The notes under the pieces: model-generated
What the model was told of the DNA's origin: nothing
What the model saw: only the letters and a program-made list of their open reading frames with translations
Database searches by the model: none
Origin: Chrysomallon squamiferum
Lineage: Eukaryota > Animalia > Mollusca
Direction: 5' to 3'
DNA length: 64,000 nucleotides
NCBI GenBank assembly: GCA_012295275.1
Contig: CM022679.1
Coordinates: 22,878,001 to 22,942,000 of the forward strand
Translations under genes and position numbers: made by a program
Part shown: one piece after another, positions 16,267 to 29,722 of the stretch
Position numbering within the stretch: position 1 is the stretch's first letter
How the letters are laid out: each line of letters opens with the position of its first letter

Positions 16267-17007
16267 GCAACGTGTTGTGTATGTAAGAGTCAGACTACGC
16301 CATTTTGCCTGCGAGTTTATTTTTAGAAACAAAAATTCCAGTTTCAGTATTATTTTCGTGATAATAAACCACAAGAATTCAGTCCTTGAAAGGCGGAAGG
16401 AGACAATATGGTTTACATGGCGATATTTTAAAACAAATAATATAAATTTCAGAGCTTCTCCTTTTCAAATAATTACTGAAATTATTTTAATTAGAAAAAT
16501 TAAAATAATTTCAGTAATTAAAAGAACAACTCCAGTGAAACCAGAGAGGATTGGTTAGTTTAATGTTATTACTGTGGGATTAACGGAAGTAATACATTTA
16601 TATTATTCAGGTCTATATGTGAGTATGAGAATTATCGTTATGACAAGGTTATAAAGTGATTTCACAAAATCAAATCAAATCAAATCACTTGTTTGGCGGG
16701 AATGTCATTAAATATTAAGAAATCAGATTTTCGTTTATGATAATTTTATTATACTCGCAAATATATTATCCACATCAAAATTTAGAAAAAAAAAAAAAAT
16801 AAAAAGTTTTCTTACACTTACAGCTATGTACTCTAAATGAAAATTACGAATATCAAAGGGTTTGAAAGAGTGCAGTTGTGATGTCCGTCTGCTTTGGGAT
16901 TTTATTGAAGTGTAAGTTACTAAAAAAATAAATCTGAATAATTCTTAAAATATGAATAGTTAATTTAAGGGGAAAAAATAAAATCAGAATAAAGTCACTT
17001 TTTATAA

Positions 17008-17059
<52 letters not shown>

Positions 17060-17448
17060 ATAAAATAACAAGAATAAGAAAAGGAGCATAATAATAATCC
17101 AGTTGAATAATTCAGTAATAATTTGTTAAATAAAATAAAATAACAAGAATAATGTTTAAAGAAGCATAATAAATGATCCAGTTAAAAGACAATTCATTTT
17201 TTGTTAGAAAAAATGGTCAGTTCTTTCAAAGAATTTGTAATTTTGTGTTTTTTTATTTTTATGCAGAAGGTTAATAACATGTTAGCAACAAAAAATGTTT
17301 TGATACAATCTAATTTTCAAAATTAGAAAAAATGGGATTCTCATGTTTTTCTGAAGATTAAAATTATTACTGAATATTTTTAAGTTCTGCCAAAGTATAA
17401 TATTTTAATACATTTCTGTCTTTTTTATTTTTCAGGGAAAGCAGTAAT

Positions 17449-17496
17449 ATGGCCTGTAAGTATCATATTATCAGCAACAAACAAGCAGTCTCAAAC

Positions 17497-17591
<95 letters not shown>

Positions 17592-17999
17592 ACTTAAAGA
17601 TAGTATGTTTTATAATTGAAGATTAATGTTCATTGCAATTACTGAATATTTTGTATTATAATTTCAGGTTATTGTGTCTATTGCCTGCTGGAGAAATTGT
17701 CAGAATTCTTTATCCCAATAATTGTCAAGGAGCAGGAAAATGGTATAGTTTGCTCAATAATAATCAAAAATAAGTTAAAAAATAACTACAGTGTGTTAAT
17801 ATATTTGAATGAGGCAGTTTTTTAAGAGAGGGGAGAACAACAAGAACAACTGCAGTAATGGTAACATTAATAATGATTACGATAAATAATAGTAACATGA
17901 AAATAATAATAATAATATAAATGAAATAAAAATTACAACATAGGTAATAAATAACTAAATAAGTATTAGAGAAAAAGTACAGAATGCTTACACTATGTG

Positions 18000-18035
<36 letters not shown>

Positions 18036-19710
18036 TTTTTTTTTTTTTTCTTTAGTTGAAACCAAAGGAAACATTTTATCAGGTGCTGGGGCATCTGCAG
18101 GAAATCAAAATGTCATTATTGAACACTCCAAAAATTTCTCAGTTGTTTTGTCAGCCCAATCAGAAGGTAAACATTTATTTTAATTTAAACAATCTATTTA
18201 TTTATTATTTTTATCTGTTGATAGTTTTTGTTATTATTATTATTATTATTGTATTATTCTTATTTTATAGTCCACTTTGTGTAATTTTTGTTAACTGAAA
18301 AAGTGAATTATTAGTTCTTCTAATATACCAGTACAAATAAAATTACATAATTATTGTTTATTGTGAATGTCAGTGTTTCAGTAAAGTTTAAGAAGCTAAA
18401 ATGACATTATCTATTTATTTGATGTTTAAATTATTATTATTATTATTATTTGTGAAAAAAAAGGAGGATCATGTCCCTTTTTCCAAATAGTTTTAATATC
18501 ACAAAATAATAAAAAAAAATCTGCTTAAAGGTTTCTAAACAAAACAAAATTATTACTGCATTATTTATTTATTCATTTATTTATTTATTTATTTATTTAT
18601 TTTTGTTTCATTAGTCCAGTACAGTGCCCAAGTATTGTTACAATAACTGTGAATTATAAATGATATAGAAAAAGGGAAATGATCCATGCTCTCCCCTGTA
18701 ATAATAATAATAAATGATGATGCTGATAAATAAATTTAAAAAAAAGCACTGTTATTAAACATTGTAGATGATAAAGAAGATGGAGAGATGTCAGAAATAA
18801 GAACAGTTGACAGTCAGCCAGCATGGTGTATGTGTGGCCATTGTCGCTGGTTGCCTACACCTGTAGAAAACGTTTGCTGTGGACGAAAACCTGCAGAGTG
18901 CAGGTCCATCCAGGTAAAACTATCTGCGTGTGAAATGATCTGTAACAGAATTACAAGTGTATCATTCCAGGTTTTCATTGGCCAATTTGTTGGTAATATC
19001 CCCAAATGAGCGACACTGAGGTTAATTATTAACAAAACAAAACTTTGGAGACATGTTGGATTCCATCCTTGATCATTTTCGTTTGTTGAGGTATTTATCA
19101 TTCCAGCCTATCTTGAATATCTAGTTTACTTTTTCCACTCTGTTAATAGTACTGCTGTTAAGCAAACACCAAACAAGTTTTTTATATGTTATGTCAAACT
19201 ATGGAAAAATAAATAAAATGGGTAGAGTTATTTTCCTCACTTCTAAAATCAAAATTCTTCCTCATTAATGGTGCTTTTCAGTAATAATAATATTCTTTTG
19301 TTTCACTTGCAAATCTAGTTTGTTTTACTCCTAATACATAAAATATTGGTATTGTCTGCATTGGTGACTGGTTGTTTGAACATTTAAATCTAAAATGTAC
19401 ACTAATTATTTTGTTATGGTTGAATCCTGTCCATGTTAATATATTCATCTGGTTTTGTTTTCAGGATTTGAATGATATTATTATTTATGTTCTAAGAAAT
19501 CCGATGTATCCTCCAGCACAGACCAAAACAGAAGAACATTTTATAAATGACAACAACAGGAGGGAATGCTACAGAAAACTGGCTGAGAAAATTCACGGGA
19601 AACTTGGTCCAAAAATTCGAAAACCAGTTCCAGCATGCTGTGTTTGGAGGGTTAGGGACCAATTTCCTGATCCCTTTGGAAAATACACTGGTTTCAAAGA
19701 AGCAAATTAA
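17449..19710 (+). CDS. Stand-alone P2X7 ballast-domain protein, copy B2 (194 aa, complete)
   Basis: Exons 17449-17455, 17668-17742, 18056-18166, 18768-18913, 19465-19710 total 585 nt, all GT-AG: MACYCVYCLLEKLSEFFIPIIVKEQENVETKGNILSGAGASAGNQNVIIEHSKNFSVVLSAQSEDDKEDGEMSEIRTVDSQPAWCMCGHCRWLPTPVENVCCGRKPAECRSIQDLNDIIIYVLRNPMYPPAQTKTEEHFINDNNRRECYRKLAEKIHGKLGPKIRKPVPACCVWRVRDQFPDPFGKYTGFKEAN*. Confidence 0.9.
17501..17587. repeat. (GA)n microsatellite in a B2 intron
   Basis: Read directly from the sequence. Confidence 0.95.
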
Positions 19711-20489
19711 CTTGTTTTTCAACATCTTGTGGTTGAACTTAACTAGTATTTTTTAAACATTTATTTCAGTTGTTGATCATTTGTTAGTTTTGTTTTGTGG
19801 TGCTTGCTTTATTTATTGTTTGATACTCATACTTTACATTAAAAGACTTTTTTTTTTTATAATTATTTATAATAAGGATTATTTGCAATACCTAATAATC
19901 CCATTTAATGCAAAGGAAAATGTAGCTAGTTGTGTGGTTAGTTCTAATGGTCAAAGGGAATTAACTCCAGTTGACTGGTCTGGTACAATATATGCTTCAG
20001 ACACACCCTGGCTTTGTCAGAGAGCGTGTCTGTCACAGACGTGCTTCACAACAGCTCACTCATCACTCAGTCAGAAGTTGGTCTCTTCCATTCAGAAGCC
20101 ATTACAGCAACTGTAGGCTGAAACAGAATATTAACATAGTTTTCAAAAGAAGATTGAAAACAGAACATTTTACTGTTATAAACAGGTTTTTTTTGTTGTT
20201 TTTTTTAAACTTTGTTAACAAATATGTATCTTTAATATGTTTATAGAGATGTATTAATTAGTTTTGTTTTATGATAAAAATTGTTGATGTTGTAGAATAT
20301 TTTTAATTTATTTATAAAGTTTCTGTAATAATATATTATTCTAAATGTATGTGATTTTACAAAAATTTCTTGTTGTCTTTTGTTAGCAATACATTTTACA
20401 TCAGTATTGTAACATTTTTTATTTTAATTTGTAGTTGATTTAATGAACTATAGAAATATTTAAATTATTTATTTATGAATGTGATATTG

Positions 20490-20755
20490 CATGGCCGTAA
20501 CTACATTGAGGCAAATACTTAATACAGAAATTAATGATTTAATGACATTTTTTATATTTTTTTTTATGGAAATATGTTATTTAAAAGATATAAAATATAA
20601 ATCTCTATTCTGATAGAAATGATATCCACTGAATGAATTAATTTATGTCTATGCCTTAGCTGGCCTCCAGACCCAGGCTTAATCTGTTTTGCTCAGCTCT
20701 GCTTGACAATTAATTGTTTTTGCCTCATTTCAAAAAGAGTCTAGTTACAGCCATG
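20490..20755. mobile_element. MITE-like element (hAT-style terminal inverted repeats)
   Basis: Left catggccgtaacta and right tagttacagccatg are 13/14 inverted; inner inverted pair tgaggcaaa / tttgcctca. No clean TSD seen. Confidence 0.6.
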
Positions 20756-20884
20756 ACTTGTGATATATGGTTATGAAATCCAGGTATGGTTTTGATGTTT
20801 TAATAAAGATTTTTTAAAGCAGATTGGAATTTGCATTTATTATTTTACTTAATTTGTTTTTTAATTCATTTATTTTAATTTTAA

Positions 20885-20924
<40 letters not shown>

Positions 20925-21591
20925 TTCTAAAATCTAAACAGAGATGAAACACTTTACTTTTGTCAACAGCATTTTAAATAAAAACATTCCAGAGGTCGAA
21001 TTTCAAAAATAAATTAATGAAAGAAAGAAATTAAAATATTACAAATATATAATAAATAATAATACGTTCAAGTGATTTTTATGATCTAGTATAGCAAATA
21101 AGGTAATCTGGTGTGATTACTTTAAAAAGAAAATGAAGTTTACAACTAGTTGCTTGTTCATAGTGATGGCTTCAAATCCATATAATGAGTTGAAAAAAAT
21201 CGACAGGCACACTTGTGTGTAACCAGGAAATAACAAAACGGCTGATAATTTCCTTTTGTTCTTTGGCTGGGAGCGACAGACTCCTGAAAGATAATTGGGC
21301 AAATACTGCGTGCAGTGATAATTCATAAAGTTCTGTTAAGTAATAAGTAAATATTAAACAAAATATATGTATTTGGGACAGAGGCAACAGGCTGCAAACT
21401 AATTGTAACAAAGAAGGTGTTTAAGTTTCAGTTGTGTCTTCCAAAGACTGAACTGTGTTAGAGGATCATTTAGAAAAATATTAATGTAAGCACCTTTCCA
21501 CACCAAACTCGTATTCCATTTTATGTATTAAATTTCAATGAACAATTTGTTGGGAAAAATGTAACACCATACAGTTAGGTTTTATTATGCT

Positions 21592-21627
<36 letters not shown>

Positions 21628-22085
21628 TTATTCCAGTCAAACAATCATTAAGATTTAGTAGAAAAATAATTGTGGGAAAGCACTTCTCCATTATCGTTAT
21701 CAGGAACGCCACTAATTATGTAATATAATAATTTCTTAAAAGCACTTAGGGTTTTCAGTGACTTCATACACACCTAGCTTTTCCTTCCATTCAAATGGAG
21801 AGACCTGAACAATCGATAATCAAGGTTGAATTCGTTACAGGGCGACTGATATAGTCACGACATAGTAGGATTAATTTCTTCGTGACTGTAATTAATTTAT
21901 ATTATCTAGATTTATTTTCATGTGCTATTAAACACCACAGAACTTACAGAGGACGAGATAATTTATGGGGCGAGGACAAACTCCCTAAAGTTGTTTTTCT
22001 GTAAACACGGACCAAACCTCAGCTGTTGATTTGATATATTTTATGTTTATAAATAATAACGGCATCACTTACAATAATAATAATA

Positions 22086-22116
<31 letters not shown>

Positions 22117-22179
22117 GAACTCTTGTAAGAAAGTATTAACTACTTTCATTTGTGCTCAGCAAAATGCTCACACTTCCAT

Positions 22180-22345
22180 TTAGATCACCGCCATTCTGGA
22201 AGTACGTTCTCTCAGCAGCACCATCTTAGACCCGCGTAACAAACTAATCCATCTGGAGCCTACGTACACAACCACGAAAAAATGGATTGCACGGGCCCTA
22301 CTCTATGGGATTCCCGGGCCTATGTCACTCACCAATAAGCAGTGG
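22180..22345. promoter_or_regulatory. GC/CpG-enriched promoter-like island
   Basis: CpG-rich relative to flanks. Contains YY1-like cgccatt and ccatctt, GGGATTCCC (Rel/NF-kB-like) at 22307-22315, and CCAAT at ~22332. Confidence 0.35.
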
Positions 22346-22580
22346 CTTACAAGTTGAAATATGTTTAATATTCGTACAGAATCAAAAGAAGATATGGAAT
22401 GATGAATACGAAACTCCAGTTGTTACTTACTTAATTTACTCTTAAATCTGACAATTTGCGTCTAACTGTTGCTAAACTCTTTTGGTGTTTTTTTTTTTTT
22501 TTTTTTTTACTGCTGAGGTTTTGTCATGGAACCGTAATTTACATAATATGTCCACATTAATATTCTCCCTAACCTTCTCT

Positions 22581-22616
<36 letters not shown>

Positions 22617-23374
22617 TAATACTAATAAAAACAAAAATAATAAATTAAATTAAATTAAATTAAATTAAAAATAAACAATACAAAACAACAACAAAAACAA
22701 TGGCAATACAGGTAAAGAGTTTAATTAACGTCCAGGTTCTTCATTATTCTGACACACACACACACACACACATGCACAAATGCACACACACACACATTGT
22801 AAAAAATAAGCCTGCTGAAATGGAACCAGCAATGACACCAAACCGCTGGAGGTTTTCACATTTGTAACATGACGCCACCGCAGCTGGTCCGTTATCTTGC
22901 ATACTGTCACAGTGTTTACACGAGCTGCAAAGTACACGCTGATTAACCCAAGTAAGCATATCAGTTAACAATAAAAAATCAATAATTAACTGATATCCGC
23001 CTACGTTCAGAGTTTTCTCTTGGCTCACACATTAATCCATTCAAGCATATTTCTTTTCTGCAAATTTCTCGATAACATATTTTTAAATATTATTTTTAGC
23101 CAAAGAGAAAGGATCCTCAGTTAGAATCGATGTTCGTCTGCAGATAAATTTGACTGAACTGAGCTCGCTTTGGACAGTTAAAAATAAGGTGTTTTGTTTT
23201 CTTTAAATTTTATCCTGAACACCGCAGGGTTGAGTATTGCCGTGTTTTATTTCTTAATTGTTGCTATAATATATTTATTTATTTTGCATCTTTCATTTCA
23301 GCTAATCCAGCTTAATTCATCAATCTATCTGTATCATGGCATTTGATACTATAACACTGTACGAGAAACCAAAC

Positions 23375-23405
<31 letters not shown>

Positions 23406-24427
23406 TAATTACGTCTGTTTTATTTTCATTTTACCAGCAAAGGACGTAAAATACGAAATTATTTTTAATAATGTAAATTATTCCATAAGAAATCTTTTAT
23501 AATATATTATTCGGTCTATGTTGCATGAGATCAAGTGTAACTAATTGTGTTTCTTTAATTAATTATTAATGTTATTATTTTTATTTTTGATTGTGTCTGT
23601 TTGGTTATTATTTCAGTATAATTGTATGAAGGACATTCTAATTATCATTCTTTGTATGAGTATGCACTAGCACTCAAATGCGGACAAGTCTAGCTAATTG
23701 TAAGATTCAATTATTTGACCTCAAAACAGCAAGCAGCAACTACTTTATTAACCACATCAGTTTCGATTTAAAAAACTGTAAATTTATAAACTGTATAATA
23801 GATTTATTGTGTAAAAAATATTATTAATATTGATATTTAATTTAGAATGAAAAAGAACAGAAAAAAAGTAAGAGAAAAAAATGCCTCAATGTTGTTTAGA
23901 ACAGTTAATATGTTACAATCAAGTAATTACTAAAAAGAATAAATTAATATTTTCTTCCTTGCTTAAAAAGGAACACTGAACAATAACAATTAGTGAATAG
24001 TATCATTTTCAAACATGTCTCGATAATCAAATATGCTAAGTAGTAACACAATAAACTTATTTCACACCCTGCAAACGAAAATAAAATACGATCGGACGAT
24101 CTTAAATCTCATGAGAGATAATAATTAAGAAAAAAAAAAGAACCCATAAAGCACACAGTATTTTTAATGGTTTTCTTTTGTATTTAGGTAATGTTGTATA
24201 TTTGATAATTTTTATTAAAATATTATGCTTAAGTTGACTAACTTTTCCATTTAAGATGAAGTTTTACAGCATTTACACATATGTATTATTTGCCACTGTT
24301 TTTATTTAATAAAAAGAATACGTTCCAAAAACAATTTATTCTTTAATTTGATGATTTATTTTAGCCAAATTGAGGTAACAACACAGAAATTTCAATAGAA
24401 TAACAACACAAATATTAATTTAAGAAA

Positions 24428-24480
<53 letters not shown>

Positions 24481-25513
24481 TCGAAATAATGAAATTAAAT
24501 AAATAAATAAATAAAAAGTTAAATTTAATAAAAAAAAAAAAATAATAATAATTTTAAAAAGCTTATATATTTATTGTGTAGCAATAACCAACATGTAACA
24601 CAAATCTACATAAATCTGGTTAGAAAAAAAAAAAAAAAAAAAAAAAAAAAAGGAGAAAATTATGTTGGAAAATAAGAATAGAATACCATCTCACCTGAAA
24701 GGAATACTGCACCTGTAATGATCATACTTAATTAACACATACTTTTGTTTTGGGACCTCCCACCTCTAAGTGACCACAATAAAAAGGTATGACATATTAT
24801 AACAGATTTTGAAAGTATCCTGGTATTTATTTTTAAACATGTTATATATGGTATGTCAGCTATTTACTTATATAAATGTCATATTTATAAAATCTAACTG
24901 ATAAAAATATGTCATTTAATTACATGATGACTGTGATGTTCCCCTATTATTATTGTATTTGTACATAGCAGATTAATTAAGGAATTTTCCTGACATGTGA
25001 GAGTTCCTGGATCATTTCACTTTGGTGCACTGATTGTGTTATTTCCCATTTCTGACTAATGACTAATTGAAGAGTGGAATACATTTCTTTGATGAAGGTG
25101 GTAAAGTGCATATAAATGATTGCTTACTGCTCATGGAAATACATTATTGTAATGATTTTTTTTATCACAGTATTAAAATAGTTAATAAATGTTTTATAAC
25201 CCCCCCAAAACATCAACAAAAAACAAAAAGAAAATAGCAGTAGAAAATATGTAGTAAGGTTGAATGGGACACTAAGATTTTAGTATATGTGTATATATGT
25301 GTGTGTGTGTGTATGTGTGTGTGTGTGTGTGTGTGAATGGTAAATGCACATAAACTATTTAAAAGTAGTTATGTGTGTCTATGTGTATATATAAAGTGGT
25401 ATTTGTATTTATATGTGGATGTAAAAATAATTCTTTGCTTTATTTCTTTCAGTTTTATTTCCAAATAACAATGGAAGACCATTAATTAATGTACAGGACC
25501 ATACAACATCACC

Positions 25514-28500
25514 ATGTCAGACAAGATAAACTTGATATCCTTCAGTGAACATGATCACACAATCAGTCACAACGTTGTCATCTGGCGAGTTATCAACCTG
25601 CTGATGTCAGTTTTCTTCATGTTGGCAGTACTAGTTAATGTATGTGACATCTGTTGTTTTTGTTTCTTTAAATTAAATATGTTTCTTTAAGTTAAATGCC
25701 AAATTTGTCTTAGATGTTCAGAGGTGTGTTAGTAATAGACAGAATACACATCCACTGATCATAGACAGCATATTCATATTAATAATCATAGTAAAAACAT
25801 GTTAATCAGACACTATACATTTATTAATCACAGACAATATACACATGTTGATCATAGGTAGCATACATGTTTTAATCATGAATAGTGAGCACATGTTAAT
25901 CACAGCCAGTATACAGGTGTTAATTATAAACTATTAACATGTTAATCATAGACACTATACACATGTTTATCATAACCGTATACAAATGCTTTCATGACAG
26001 TAATAAACGTCTTGCTAAATTCTGTGTCAGAGACTTGGCTTATTCAGTTTTAAACTTTTTTTTATTGTTGCATCTTCATAATCTTTGATATGTTAAATAT
26101 TTAAATTTTCTAATTTACAAATGTTCTGTACATTCTTAATGAGTTGTACATATTTTACAGCTTTTTCTCATCAAACAGAGTAGATGATATGTTGAAAATT
26201 AAAAGTTTTCTGAATCAACCATATCTTCCATAAATAGAAGCATTTATCAAGACATTAGACATTATTCATTCATTTATTTTGTTTTTCTTATATATATTAT
26301 TGAAAGATACTTACATATTTTATTTTTATTTTTTAGGTGAATGATGAAGACTGGTATTTATGGATGGTAGGTTGAATTATTTAGATTTTAATAAAACAAA
26401 TTATTTTACGAGTTGTTTTAAAGACTGGTTATGCATGTCATAACTACTGACTGAAGTCTTTCACAAAAGGGAGATAACACAGTGCAAAAGTTTATTTGAA
26501 CTTATATTGTTGTTTCTTTCTTCTCCTCAGCCTATGTATGGAATTCCTGGTTTGCTAGCTGCAGTGTTAATATTCTGGCCACAAGCTGTTTCAGGTAAAA
26601 TAACAGAAATGTTTATATGTTTTTCCATCTGCAAGTATTCCTACTTAGTGGGTTTAAGGTTCATAGCACACAGAATGTTTGACAGAATTATTATTTTGTT
26701 AGATTTATTGAAGTTGGCATGAATAAATTATTCACAGACATTGCATTAAAGATTAATAGTTTGAACAAGGTTCCATATAAACAATGGCCCTTACATACAA
26801 AACATTTGTTGACACTTGCTGTAGCATACACTGGTTACATGGACAACAGGACCAGAGAGTTCCTGGCAACTGCTGGGCATACCCATGCCTTAAGACAGCC
26901 CTGTATATCAGTGATTGACATAATTATTGTCTGAACTTTATAATAATATGCATATGAAACAATTTATTTTTATTTTAATTTTATTTTATTTACTTTTTTT
27001 TTTTAAAGTTTTGCTTTATTCTTTTATTTCAGAAAGTAGTTTGTGGATGAAAACAGCAGTGGCAGATTTGGCTTTCAGTGTGGGTTACATGTTTTACCAG
27101 ATTGTTGTTTTCATTCAAGTTATCAGCAATGACGTTCAGAATCCACTAAAACACGAAGAAGGAAGGTTGGTGTAAATGTATAGAATTTAAATGTACAGCT
27201 TTTCCATAATAATAATGTGAGAAGAAACTTGCTACTGTAATTCTCTGTGCTGTTATTATTAATTAGCAATAGCTATCTTTTTTATGTGCTTTCTCATATA
27301 CAGTCAAAACAATCAGTAATGGACCAGTTTTTTTGAGCCCTGAAGCTAAACCTGTTCAGGACCCTTTGCAAGCAGCAACAAGATCTGGTTAATCATTGTT
27401 ATCTTGTTTAATTGGCTTGTTCCATGACAGATCATTGTAAATCTTTGAAAAATTTAAGCACAACACCTCAGATTTGGATTAATATTTAGAAGCAATGTGT
27501 TCTAAAATTAGGGACCCTGAGGCTTAAGAAGTATTAGTTTCATAACAGACCTATCCTTGGAAACTGTACTATAGTCTTTGACAGATTAACTGTAAAGACT
27601 TGATCTAAAAAGGGGAAGTAATCCAAGATGACTGACCAATATTTAGTTTTGATTATAAAATTAAAAGAAAAGAAGGCAGGAAAGTTGTTTTTTTATGACG
27701 ATGCACCCAAAATTATTTTTAAACTAAAGTGATATCACTCAATACACATGGTAAATAATGATACAAATAATCAGATAAAGTGTACAGCCATATAATCAGC
27801 TTCTCTCATTTTTGACTGGCAGTAAGGGATTGTTTTATCTGAACCTTTCTTCAGCCTGGAAAATCTTTGATAGCCAGTTGTGGAATTCTGGTAGAAAAAC
27901 AATATAGTCCCATTAACTGTGTTAAAGAGAATTATTACTGCCACCATTTGTTTCAGAGACTTAACCAGAATCAGTTCATCTCAGTCCCTCAAATGTTAAC
28001 TTTATCATTCAAAAAAATAAAAAAATAAAACTATTTTGATATCAAAAGATTTTTAGTGTTAATATTGCATTTTGTTCTTGTTATTTTTCAGAGAAATGGC
28101 TGGACTTCTCATTATTATCACTTGGCTCGTTATATTTAGATTCACAAATGTTGGAAGGTAAACAAAATGTCTTTATCTGTTGTTTTCAAATATTTGTTGC
28201 CATTATTTTATTTATTTATTTATAAAAATGTACAAATATAATATTATATATAATAATATATATGTTATTGATAATTATAAATATTTAACTACATACTATT
28301 ATTACAAATACAATACAAACAAATTGAAAAAGAAACAAGAAAATTTGTATTATTACTACTACTTCTACTACTACTACTATTATTATTATTATTATTATTA
28401 TTATTATGATTATTAATTTATTGGGGATTTTTTAGTTGATTTTTTTTTTAATGAACTGTGTCTCACGCATAATCATTTATGATCATATAAATTATCTAAT

Positions 28501-28674
28501 GAATTAATGAATTATTTAATTTTTAGACCTGATGCCTCACTGTTGAATAAGAACATGATGAAAGTGTTGGTGACTTTGGCCATCACCTTGGCAACTGTTC
28601 CCATGATAACATGGTCTTTGTGTTTTATTGGTGACTGGCATCAGAAACTTGGTCACTGCACAGGAATGTTCTAG
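25514..28674 (+). CDS. TMEM220: Transmembrane protein 220 (188 aa)
   Basis: Exons 25514-25639, 26337-26366, 26531-26594, 27033-27165, 28092-28157, 28527-28674 total 567 nt and are open. WRVINLLMSVFFMLAVLVNVNDEDWYLWMPMYGIP..NPLKHEEGREMAGLLIIITW..HCTGMF matches TMEM220 motifs (WRACNxLMAAFFALAALVQVNDPD, HEEEGRELSGLVIITAW, terminal HC). Confidence 0.93.
27670..27900. repeat. Decayed dispersed repeat (SINE/MITE-like) family member
   Basis: Shares the motif order gagaggaaac..gctactct..tagcagcaaggga..ttttat(a/c)tg with ~27215-27300, ~35740-35830, ~43570-43620 and ~57740-57800. Confidence 0.4.
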
Positions 28675-29481
28675 AACAGTAATTCACAAATTCTCTCTTT
28701 AAAAGCTAAACTATACACTGATATCAAATCTAGATCAAGTTAAGATTACCTTATGATTTTTATTCTGATGTTGCATTTTTTTGGATTTTGTTCTTTAGAA
28801 ATGTTAAATGTCTTGTGAAATTAACTTTGTTTTAGAATGGGTACTACCCACTTAATCAATACCTGGTATGATATTTTTAGGGGATACACATTTTTGATGG
28901 AATTGTTTCCATCTTAATGAAAATAAACTAACTGTTAGAAATATGTATTAAATTTATGTGCAGTGTTTTTAATAATGCATTTAAAATGATGTCATTCCAG
29001 TATGGGTTGTAAGTATATACATAAACAAACAAATTTTGCTTAAAAATAATGGGCATACTTAATACATTTATAATTAACCAATATAATGTAATTTGATTCT
29101 GCTTAAATAATACATGAACACTAAAAGTGTCCTTATAGTAGTCTGATTAATAATTGTCTTTAATATTCTTTTATTTTTTGATCTACTGCAGAATTTTGTA
29201 ATACAGTATTCTGGAAGTCTGTTAGTAATTTTTTCTTTTCTTTTTTGTGATCAGTGCCCCTCATTTTTCAAATATTTGACTAGTTTCTATAATGGGTATT
29301 TAATTTTATTTTGGTTTTTACAATCAACTTCACTGTTTCTGAATTATTTAAATTTATATTTTTGATAAACATTTATTATTTTTAGTTTTACTGAAGACAA
29401 AGTATGTACAGGTCAGAACAAACCTTTCTACACTGGGATACCTTTATGTGTAATGCATATTATTAAAATTTTATTTCTCTT

Positions 29482-29722
29482 TTAACCCTTTTCTTGCTGA
29501 AAATAGATGCATTCATCCATTCATCGTTAACTGTGGAAAGTGGATTTATCCCACAGCCTAAAAACAAATGTCTTGTTATGCTATGAGAAATGGATACCAG
29601 TCCCCCAGACTTCCAAAAGTGACATCAGCTAGGATGTGCTGTCAACTGTGGGATGGTAGCACAATTACCAATCTTGTTGATTTTTGCCAAGAACTGTTTT
29701 TAATTATGCAGTGAAAGGTTAA
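29482..29722. mobile_element. TTAA-flanked MITE-like element (piggyBac-style ends) in the probable TMEM220 3'UTR
   Basis: ttaa-cccttttcttgc ... gcagtgaaagg-ttaa; imperfect TIRs and higher internal GC than flanks. Confidence 0.45.

Noticed and set aside
22725-23028. Minus-strand ORFs of 70 and 94 aa
   Set aside because: Run through a (CA)n tract with no recognisable family; more likely promoter-region sequence.
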